The notes under the pieces were generated by a model. The model was not told the DNA's origin and did no database searches. It saw nothing but the letters and a program-made list of their open reading frames with translations. Below are positions 45,192 through 53,150 of a DNA stretch of 53,150 bases, in pieces (within the stretch, counting starts at the first letter, position 1; each line of letters opens with the position of its first letter). The position numbers were made by a program, and so were the translations under genes. The DNA lies in the IMG/VR virus record IMGVR_UViG_2537562195_000010. The stretch is one strand, 5' to 3'. Source of the stretch: a virus. Taxonomy: Duplodnaviria > Heunggongvirae > Uroviricota > Caudoviricetes.

Positions 45192-45215
45192 GGGGCGCGG
45201 TTGCGCCCCTTTTTT
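45192..45215 (+). terminator. Rho-independent terminator after the porin moron
   Basis: 'GGGGCGC-GGTT-GCGCCCC' followed by TTTTTT, 12 nt upstream of the L start. Confidence 0.6.
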
Positions 45216-45227
45216 ATGGGCGGATAT

Positions 45228-45926
45228 ATGCAGGATATTCACGAAGAAAGCCTGAACGAGTCGGTTAAGTCAGAGCAGTCACCGCGGGTGGTGCTCTGGG
45301 AAATCGACCTGACGGTGCAGGGCGGTGAGCGGTATTTTTTCTGCAATGAGCTGAATGAAAAAGGGGGGCCGGTGACCTGGCAGGGGCGTGAATATCAGGC
45401 GTACCCGATTGAGGGCAGCGGCTTTGAGATGAACGGAAAGGGCAGCAGTGCCCGCCCGTCGCTGACGGTGTCCAATCTGTTTGGCCTTGTCACCGGGATG
45501 GCGGAGGATTTGCAGAGCCTGGTGGGTGCCACGGTGGTCCGCCGCCGGGTGTATGCGCGTTTTCTGGATGCGGTGAACTTTGTGGCAGGCAATCCTGAGG
45601 CAGACCCGGAGCAGGAGCTGACGGACCGCTGGGTGGTGGAGCAGATGTCAGCGCTGACGACCATGACGGCCTCGTTTGTGCTGGCGACACCGACGGAGAC
45701 GGACGGTGCGCTGTTTCCCGGTCGCATCATGCTGGCGAACACCTGTATGTGGGATTACCGGGGCGATGAATGCGGGTATAACGGTCCGGCAGTGGCGGAT
45801 GAGTTCGACAACCCCACCACGGATATCCGGAAGGACAGATGCAGTAAATGCATGCGCGGGTGTGAGATGCGCGGCATGGTGGCTAATTTCGGCGGTTTCC
45901 TTTCCATTAATAAACTTTCGCAGTAA
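45228..45926 (+). CDS. Minor tail protein L
   Basis: 232 aa from 'MQDIHEESLNESVKSEQSPRVVLWEIDLT...GGFLSINKLSQ', matching lambda gpL by eye; the ORF-track start at 45186 lies inside the terminator. Confidence 0.9.
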   Translation: MQDIHEESLNESVKSEQSPRVVLWEIDLTVQGGERYFFCNELNEKGGPVTWQGREYQAYPIEGSGFEMNGKGSSARPSLTVSNLFGLVTGMAEDLQSLVGATVVRRRVYARFLDAVNFVAGNPEADPEQELTDRWVVEQMSALTTMTASFVLATPTETDGALFPGRIMLANTCMWDYRGDECGYNGPAVADEFDNPTTDIRKDRCSKCMRGCEMRGMVANFGGFLSINKLSQ

Positions 45927-45936
45927 ATCCCGTTTT

Positions 45937-46682
45937 ATGACACAGACTGAATCAGCGATTCTGGCGCATGCCCGGCGGTGTGCGCCAGCGGAGTCGTGCG
46001 GCTTCGTGATAAGCACCCCGGAGGGCGAACGGTACCAGCCCTGCGTGAATATCTCTGCAGAGCCGGAGGCGTATTTTCGTATTGCACCGGAAGACTGGCT
46101 GCAGGCACAGATGCAGGGGGAGGAGTTGTGGCGCTGGTCCACAGTCATCCCGGTGGTCTGCCCTGGCTGAGCGAGGCGGACCGGCGGCTGCAGATAAAGA
46201 GTGCCCTGCCCTGGTGGCTGGTCTGTCGGGGTGAAATTCACCGGTTCCGCTGTGTGCCGCACCTGACCGGACGGCGCTTTGAACACGGTGTGACGGACTG
46301 TTACACCCTGTTCCGGGATGCATACCATCTGGCGGGGATAACGCTGCCGGATTTTCATCGCGAGGATGACTGGTGGCGCAACGGCCAGAACCTGTACCTG
46401 GACAATATGGAGGCCACTGGCTTTTGCCGGGTGTCCCTGTCCTCTGCACAGGCAGGCGATATCCTGCTGTGCTGCTTTGGTTCATCGGTGCCGAATCATG
46501 CCGCCATTTACTGTGGCAACGGTGAGCTGCTTCACCATATACCTGAACAACTGAGTAAACGGGAGAGGTATTCTGAAAAATGGCAACGACGAACGCATTC
46601 TGTCTGGCGTCACCGCCACTGGTCCGCATCTGCCTTCACGGGGATTTACAACGATTTGGTCGCCGCATCAGTCTGTATGTGA
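45937..46682 (+). pseudogene. Tail assembly protein K (JAB/MPN plus NlpC/P60), apparently frameshifted
   Basis: N-terminal part 'MTQTESAILAHARRCAPAESCGFVISTPEGERY...' is in one frame and stops at 46170; the JAMM motif 'VALVHSHPGGLPWLSEAD' and NlpC/P60 part continue in another frame to 46682; the switch maps to a G5 run at 46116-46120. Confidence 0.65.
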
Positions 46683-47224
46683 ACACGGCAGCGGAGGCCA
46701 TCCGTGCCCTGTCGCAGCAGGTGCCGGGATTCCGCTGTCAGATGAACGAAGGCTGGTACCAGATACGTATTGCCGGTGAGGATACCGCGCCGGACCAGAT
46801 ATCGCCCCGACTGCATGAGCCACTGAACCCGGGGGATGTCATTCATCTGGTTCCCCGGGCAGAAGGTGCCAAAAGTGGCGGAGTGTTTCAGGCCGTGCTT
46901 GGCGTTGCGCTGGTTGCGGCAGCTATCTGGATGCCGGGTATCGGTATTGCAGCCAGCAACATCATGTTTTCCATGGGCTCTGCAATGGCACTGGGTGGTG
47001 TGGCCCAGATGCTGGCCCCGAAGGCAAAGACGCCGGAGTACAAAAGCACGGATAACGGCAGACAGAACACGTATTTTTCGTCACTGGACAACATGATTGC
47101 TCAGGGGAATCCGGTGCCGGTGCCTTACGGTGAAATGCTGGTTGGTTCACGACGGATATCCCAGGACATCAGCACCCGTGATGAGGGCGGTGACGGGAAA
47201 GTGGTGGTTATCGGGCGGGGATGA
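46580..47224 (+). CDS. Tail assembly protein I
   Basis: 214 aa; 'ARICLHGDLQRFGRRISLYVNTAAEAIRALSQQVPGFR...KNTYFSSLDNMIAQGNPVPVPYGEM' matches lambda gpI by eye; overlaps the K 3' end as in lambda. Confidence 0.85.
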   Translation: MATTNAFCLASPPLVRICLHGDLQRFGRRISLYVNTAAEAIRALSQQVPGFRCQMNEGWYQIRIAGEDTAPDQISPRLHEPLNPGDVIHLVPRAEGAKSGGVFQAVLGVALVAAAIWMPGIGIAASNIMFSMGSAMALGGVAQMLAPKAKTPEYKSTDNGRQNTYFSSLDNMIAQGNPVPVPYGEMLVGSRRISQDISTRDEGGDGKVVVIGRG

Positions 47225-48060
47225 AAAAAAATCCCGCAGTGTTCGGCGCCTGCGGGAAGAGATACGAAGATTAACTTTAAGGAATTTTTCATTATTCTGG
47301 CAGATGAACTGTAACGCAGCGTGATTATGAGCACTACAGTCAGTGTGCGGAAATGTGAATAAACTCAGAATTTTTATTCACCGGAAGAGGATTGCCGGAT
47401 ATCGGTGGCAGAGGACAGAAGGCATCATGCCGGGTTCAGGGGATAAAAAAATCCCGCAGAACTCCGTGCTGCGGGAAGAGAACGATGTTGACTAACCTGT
47501 TGGCGTTTTATTTTTATTGACCCGCAGAAACTGTAACCTGCCGGAATGCACTCTGCCACGGAGAATGACGGAAAATGTGAAGAAAATCAGAGTTTTTATT
47601 TATCCCGTGCATTCGTCTCTGGCGACAGAGTGGCGTCAGTAATGTCCGTGATACTGAGGGGGGAATTAAAAAATCTCCCGTAATACACCTGGATATTGAC
47701 GGGAGAAACGAATAGTCACCTTAAGGAGTAGTTTTGATTATTGCCTGTAATCAGCGGGCGAATTGTAACGTATGGTGATTATGAGTGCCACAGGTAATTT
47801 GCAGAAATGTGAATAAATTCAGAATTTTTATTCACAGGAAGGGGCTGCGGGATATTGGTGGCAGAGGACAGAAAATATCAGGCCGGGTTTAAGGGATAAA
47901 AAAATCCCGCAGAGTTAGCGGAGCTGCGGGAAATAAACGATGAAGATTAACGTTATGGAGTTATTTTTCAGGCATCAAAAAAGTAACGCAGCGTCATTAT
48001 TGCGGCTACAGGCAATTTGCAGAAATGTGAAGAATTTCAGAAATTTTATTCCGTCATGAC
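47224..48060. repeat. Four tandem ~225-bp repeat units in the I-J intergenic region
   Basis: Each unit has an A-run plus GC hairpin ('AAAAAAATCCCGCAG-N8-10-CTGCGGGAA', a minus-strand terminator-like structure; 47224-47256, 47444-47477, 47664-47705, 47898-47932), a conserved 'GTAACGCAGCGT(G/C)ATTAT' block and an AT-rich inverted repeat 'GTGAATAAA-N9-TTTATTCAC'. Confidence 0.75.
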
Positions 48061-48061
48061 A

Positions 48062-48091
48062 CAGGCACCCTCCGGGGTGCCTGTTGTTTTT
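48062..48091 (+). terminator. Rho-independent terminator just upstream of J
   Basis: 'CAGGCACCC-TCCG-GGGTGCCTG' followed by TTGTTTTT. Confidence 0.5.
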
Positions 48092-48134
48092 GGGCATAAA
48101 CAGATTCAGACATCAGACAGGAGAGGGGGACAGA

Positions 48135-51100
48135 GTGGGTAAAGGGGGCGGCAAGGGGCACACACCGCGTGAGGCGAAGGACAATCTCAAATCCACGCAG
48201 ATGATGAGCGTGATTGATGCCATCGGTGAGGGACCGGTGGAAGGCCCGGTGAAGGGACTGCAGAGTATTCTGGTGAACAAAACCCCGCTGACGGACACGG
48301 ACGGTAATCCCGTGATACACGGTGTGACCGCCGTCTGGCGTGCCGGGGAGCAGGAGCAGACACCGCCGGAAGGCTTTGAGTCCTCCGGGGCGGAAACCGC
48401 ACTGGGTGTGGAGGTGACGAAGGCAAAGCCGGTGACGCGCACCATCACGTCAGCGAACATTGACCGTCTGCGGGTCACCTTCGGGGTGCAGTCACTGGTG
48501 GAGACCAGCTCAAAGGGTGACCGTAATCCCTCTTCTGTCCGGCTGCTGATTCAGCTTGAGCGTAACGGTAACTGGGGGACGGAGAAGGATGTCACCATTA
48601 ACGGCAAGACCACCTCGCAGTACCTGACGTCGGTGATTCTGAATAATCTCCCTGAGCGCCCCTTTAACATCCGGATGGTCAGGGTGACGGCGGACAGTAC
48701 CACGGACCAGCTGCAGAACAGAACGCTGTGGTCGTCATACACCGAAATCATCGATGTGAAACAGTGCTACCCGAACACGGCCATTGTGGGGCTGCAGGTG
48801 GATGCGGAGCAGTTCGGTGGCCAGCAGATGGTGGTGAACTACCATATCCGCGGCCGCATCATTTAGGTGCCGTCAAACTATGACCCGGAAAAACGCACCT
48901 ACAGCGGTATCTGGGACGGGAGTCTGAAACCGGCATACAGCAATAACCCGGCCTGGTGCCTGTGGGACATGCTGACCCACCCGCGCTACGGCATGGGAAA
49001 ACGCCTGGGGGCGGCGGATGTGGACAAGTGGGCACTGTATGCCATCGGGCAGTACTGTGACCAGACGGTCCCGGATGGTTTCGGGGGCACAGAGCCGCGG
49101 ATGACTTTCAATGCGTACCTGTCACAGCAGCGTAAGGTCTGGGATGTCCTGGGGGATTTCTGCTCGGCGATGCGCTGTATGCCGGTATGGAACGGCCAGA
49201 CGCTGACGTTCGTTCAGGACCGTCCGTCGGATGTGGTGTGGCCGTACACCAACAGCGATGTGGTGGTGGATGATAACGGCGTGGGGTTCCGCTACAGCTT
49301 CAGTGCCCTGAAGGACCGGCACACGGCGGTGGAGGTGAATTACACCGACCCGCAGAACGGCTGGCAGACTTCCACGGAACTGGTGGAAGACCCGGACGCC
49401 ATCCTGCGCTACGGGCGCAACCTGCTGAAGATGGACGCGTTCGGCTGTACCAGCCGCGGTCAGGCTCACCGTGCCGGACTGTGGGTGATAAAGACCGAAC
49501 TGCTGGAAACGCAGACGGTGGATTTCACGCTCGGGTCTCAGGGGCTGCGGCACACGCCCGGTGACATCATTGAAATCTGTGATAACGACTATGCCGGGAC
49601 CCTGACCGGCGGACGCATCCTGTCCATCGATGCCGCCAGCCGCACACTGACGCTGGACCGTGAGGTGACACTGCCGGAGACAGGTACATCGACGGTGAAC
49701 CTGATTAACGGCAGCGGTAAGCCGGTGCGCGTGGACATCACTGCACACCCCGCCCCTGACCGGATACAGGTCAGCATTCTGCCTGATGGCGTGGCGACAT
49801 ACGGTGTGTGGGGACTCTCCCTGCCGTCACTGCGTCGTCGCCTGTTCCGCTGTGTTTCCATCCGGGAAAACACGGACGGCACCTTTGCCATCACGGCGGT
49901 GCAGCATGTGCCGGAAAAAGAAGCCATTGTGGATAACGGGGCCCGCTTTGAGCCGATGTCCGGCTCACTGAACAGCGTCATCCCGCCGGCAGTGCAGCAC
50001 CTCACGGTGGAGGTGAGTGCCTCAGACGGCCAGTATCTGGCGCTGGCGAAATGGGACACGCCGCGGGTGGTGAAGGGCGTGCGCTTCAGTCTGCGCCTGA
50101 CCAGTGGCAGTGGTGAGAACAGTCGCCTGGTGACCAGCGCCATCACGGCGGACACGGAGTACCGTTTCAGTGGCCTGCCGCTCGGGGAATACACCCTGAC
50201 GGTCAGGGCGATAAACAGCTACGGCCAGCGGGGCGAACCTGCCACCACCACATTCCGGATTAATGCACCGGCGGCACCGGCCAGCATTGAACTGACGCCG
50301 GGCTATTTTCAGATAACGGCAGTACCGGTGCTGGCAGTGTATGACCCGACGGTACAGTATGAATTCTGGTTCTCAGAAAAACGCATCACGGACACGGCAC
50401 AGGTGGAAACCTCTGCCCGTTATCTGGGTACCGGCAGCCAGTGGAGCGTCTCCGGCCCGCACATTAAGCCGGGGAAGGATTTCTGGTTTTATGTGCGCAG
50501 CGTCAACCTGGTGGGGAAATCTGCGTTTGTGGAGGCCAGCGGGCAGGCCAGCAATGATGGTGAAGGGTATCTGGAAATTTTCCGTGGGCTGATAGATGAG
50601 GCGCTGCTGGGGAAGGCACTGAAAGAGCGTATTGATGCGTCAGCCCTGCGTACTGAGGTCACGCAACTGGAAGAAGACATCCGCCAGCGACTGGAGACGG
50701 ATGTTGCGGAAGTGACCCGAAAAATCGGGGAGGCGGAAAACAGCCTCACGCAGCTGGTTGCGAAAAAGAATGAGGACCAGACGCTGGCCATCGCGCAGGT
50801 GAGTCAGCAGGTGGACCGGGTGAGCAGTGAAATCACACAGACCGTCAGCCAGAGCACGGAGGAAAACGCCAGGCAGATAGCGCAGGTCCGCCAGTACGTG
50901 GATGACAAAGGGAGTGAAATCACCTCGACCACGGATAAAAAGCTGGAAGACCAGAGCGCCACCATACAGCAGATACAGCGGGTGCAGACAGACACAAATA
51001 ACGACCTGGCTGCACTGTACATGCTGAAGGTGCAGAAAACAAAAAACGGCATTCCGTATGTTGCCGGTATTGGTGCGGGGATTGAGGATGCTGATGGCCA

Positions 51101-51821
51101 GCCCCTGAGCAATATACTGCTGCAGGCGGACCGTATCGCGATGATTAACCCGGAGAACGGCAACACCACGCCGCTGTTTGTGGCGCAGGGGAATCAGCTG
51201 TTTATGAACGACGTGTTCCTGAAGCGACTGTTTGCAGTGAGCATCACCTCGTCCGGCAATCCCCCGACGTTCTCCCTGACGCCGGAGGGCAGGCTGACGG
51301 CCCGCAATGCGGACATCAGCGGACATATCAGTGCGAACTCGGGCACGCTGAATAATGTCGTGATAGCGGAGAACTGCACGATAAATGGCACGCTGAAAGC
51401 GGAGAACATTATTGGTGATCTTGTGAAATGTGCCGGGGTGGCTTTTCCGGTGGATGGTAGTTACCTTGCGAACGGTACACGAACGCTGACGGTGTATGAC
51501 GATCACAGCTTTGACCGGCAGATTATAATCCCGCCGATAATCTATGTCGGGTCAAAACAGGAATCCCGCACCAGTAATGACATCTGGACAGAGTGCTTCC
51601 TGCATGTTGATCAGAATGGACGCCGGATTTATTCAGGCAGGTCAGTGGAAGAGCCGGGAATTTTCAGCGGGATCATCGATATGCCAGCTGGCGGTGGTCA
51701 TATCACCCTGAGTTTTACCGTGAGCTCACGGCGTCAGAATAACAGTTGGGGCAGTTCACGAATCAGTAACCTTCAGGCGATAGTGGTGAAGAAAAACAGC
51801 GCGGGGATCAGCATCCGCTGA
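48135..51821 (+). pseudogene. Tail tip / host-specificity protein J with an in-frame amber (TAG) codon
   Basis: GTG start at 48135 ('VGKGGGKGHTPREAKDNLKSTQ...'); single reading frame from 48135 to 51821 interrupted only by TAG at 48864-48866 ('RGRII*VPSNYDP'; lambda J has Gln at the equivalent position as I recall); C-terminal receptor-binding region intact. Confidence 0.8.
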
Positions 51822-52019
51822 ACATCGCGCCCCGGGATTGCCGGAAGGAGACAAAAACCGTACAGTATGCGCGGGTGCCTTTGGCTGATGGCCGGAGGGA
51901 ACACCTGAAGGCCGGATGTGAAAAGGCCCCGGACAAAACATTCATGTTTAACCCGAGGCCTGACCATTCATCCTAAGCAAGTGAAAGGTTAGCGCCTCTC
52001 CGTAAAAGGAGCAAGCGTT

Positions 52020-52160
52020 ATGTCGCAAAAACCGTTAAAAACCACCGTGATTTGTATCACGGTAGTGCTCATTATCTGGATCACCCACAGTTCACTGTGC
52101 GAGTTCCGGTTCCGGATAGCGGGCGCGGAGATTGCGGCGTTCTTACAGTGTAAGCGGTAA
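52020..52160 (+). CDS. hok: Hok/Gef-family type I toxin
   Basis: 46 aa 'MSQKPLKTTVICITVVLIIWITHSSLCEFRFRIAGAEIAAFLQCKR'; TM helix plus 'SLCE(I/F)R.R....E(I/V)AAF' Hok signature; AAGGAG RBS; structured GC-rich 5' and 3' flanks as in hok/sok loci. Not in the ORF track (<60 aa). Confidence 0.7.
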   Translation: MSQKPLKTTVICITVVLIIWITHSSLCEFRFRIAGAEIAAFLQCKR

Positions 52161-52260
52161 GAAACCGTGGCGGGGGAGTGTACCTTCCCCGCCGACCGGT
52201 TGCTGAGGGTGATCAGCCGGATGGCACCTTTTTAACATCAATAAATCACAAATTTTACCG

Positions 52261-52290
52261 CAGGCCGGGAAACCGGTCCTGCGGTTTTTT
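52261..52290 (+). terminator. Rho-independent terminator after the hok-like gene
   Basis: 'CCGCAGGCCGGG-AAA-CCGGTCCTGCGG' followed by TTTTTTT. Confidence 0.5.
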
Positions 52291-52304
52291 TATGGAGGAA
52301 ATCC

Positions 52305-53150
52305 ATGGCAGTCAGAATATCGGGTGTGCTGAAGGACGGGGCCGGTAAGCCGGTACCGGGATGCACGATAGAGCTGAAAGCGCGCCGCACAACGGAGACG
52401 GTGATTGTCACCACGGTGGCGTATGGTCAGCCGGGGGAAACCGGCAGTTACAGTATGGATGTTGAGCCGGGGTTGTACCGGGTGACGCTGAACACGGAAG
52501 GGTACGCGCCGTCATATGTGGGTGACATTCTGGTGAAGGCTGACTCAGCACCGGGAACGCTGAATAAATTTCTGATGGACCTGGAGGACGCACAGTATTA
52601 CCCGAAAGCCCTTGCAGAGCTGGAAGCGGTGGCCGCGGAAATCCTGAAACGTGCGGAAGCGTCAGCGGCGAGTGCAGAGGAAGCGAAGAAACGGGCAGAG
52701 AATGCGCGGGGACCGAAGGGGGATAAGGGAGACACGGGGCCACAGGGTATTCCCGGGCCAAAAGGCGATACCGGCGAGCGGGGGCCAAAGGGTGAGCGTG
52801 GTGAGGCAGGCCCACAGGGGGTACAGGGGCCGCGGGGTGAAAACGGCCCCGTGGGACCGCAAGGAGTGCCGGGTATTCAGGGGCCTGCTGGTCCTGCGGG
52901 CCCGCGAGGTGAAACCGGAGCCAGAGGCGAAAAAGGAGAGCCGGGAGATCCCGGAGGACCTCCGGGACCAAAAGGTGACACTGGCCCCAGAGGGGAGCCG
53001 GGGCCTCAGGGCCCGGCAGGTCCGAGGGGACCTGCCGGAGAGAGAGGGCCGCAAGGATTGCAGGGTGTGGCAGGGGAGAGAGGCGATACAGGTCCGGCTG
53101 GTCCACAGGGTATACCTGGACCTCCGGGACCAACAGGTAGCGTCGGTCCT
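52305..53150 (+). CDS. Side tail fibre protein (Stf-like) with collagen-like Gly-X-Y repeats; 3' end outside window
   Basis: ATG at 52305 with GGAGG RBS; '[28 protein letters not shown]...' parallels the lambda Stf N-terminus; from ~52720 a long (G-X-Y)n run '[37 protein letters not shown]...'; open to the window end, which is why it is absent from the ORF track. Confidence 0.8.
   Translation, partial: MAVRISGVLKDGAGKPVPGCTIELKARRTTETVIVTTVAYGQPGETGSYSMDVEPGLYRVTLNTEGYAPSYVGDILVKADSAPGTLNKFLMDLEDAQYYPKALAELEAVAAEILKRAEASAASAEEAKKRAENARGPKGDKGDTGPQGIPGPKGDTGERGPKGERGEAGPQGVQGPRGENGPVGPQGVPGIQGPAGPAGPRGETGARGEKGEPGDPGGPPGPKGDTGPRGEPGPQGPAGPRGPAGERGPQGLQGVAGERGDTGPAGPQGIPGPPGPTGSVGP

Noticed and set aside
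49122-51506. Several 100-290 aa minus-strand ORFs inside gene J
   Set aside because: They are contained in the J coding region, which is continuous and lambda-J-like in the plus frame; compositions are Arg/His-rich antisense artefacts.
52408-53133. Long minus-strand ORFs (241 aa and 130 aa) rich in Pro/Ala/Leu at the right end of the window
   Set aside because: They are antisense shadows of the plus-strand collagen-like (Gly-X-Y)n tail fibre gene starting at 52305; GC-rich triplet repeats give open frames on both strands.

Overview
This 53 kb window is most of a lambdoid siphovirus prophage of enterobacterial (E. coli-like) type; it opens at the integrase stop codon (attL lies outside the window) and ends inside a side tail fibre gene. 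Left to right: integrase and excisionase (minus strand), an early-left operon with a large DnaQ-like exonuclease, an immunity region (peptidase-less repressor, divergent YdaS/Cro-like and YdaT-like genes, palindromic AATACC-N4-GGTATT operators), a replication module (DUF1376/DnaT-like initiator plus a lambda-P-like loader), a nin-like block of small genes, a ParD/ParE toxin-antitoxin pair, DUF968, RusA and antiterminator Q with a PR'-like promoter and tR'-like terminator. The late-region cargo has the architecture of Shiga-toxin phages (methyltransferase, two tRNAs, NanS-p esterase) but carries no stx genes. In their place are a TolA-domain-III-like lipoprotein, an AraC-family regulator and five tandem structured ~250 bp units. 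The lysis cassette (S21-type pinholin, SAR endolysin, antirepressor, Rz/Rz1) is interrupted between holin and endolysin by a ~1.3 kb insert with two convergent genes of unknown function, which I consider the best candidate for an undescribed system. Downstream are a TonB-C-terminal-domain lipoprotein, HNH endonuclease, terminase, a prohead protease-capsid fusion, portal with in-frame tandem repeats, lambda-like tail genes (V, G/GT, H, M, L, K, I, J), an OmpC-family porin moron, a hok-like toxin and a collagen-repeat tail fibre. K carries an apparent frameshift and J an in-frame amber codon, so the tail module may be defective. All functional calls rest on my own reading of the ORF translations and motifs; no database search was run.
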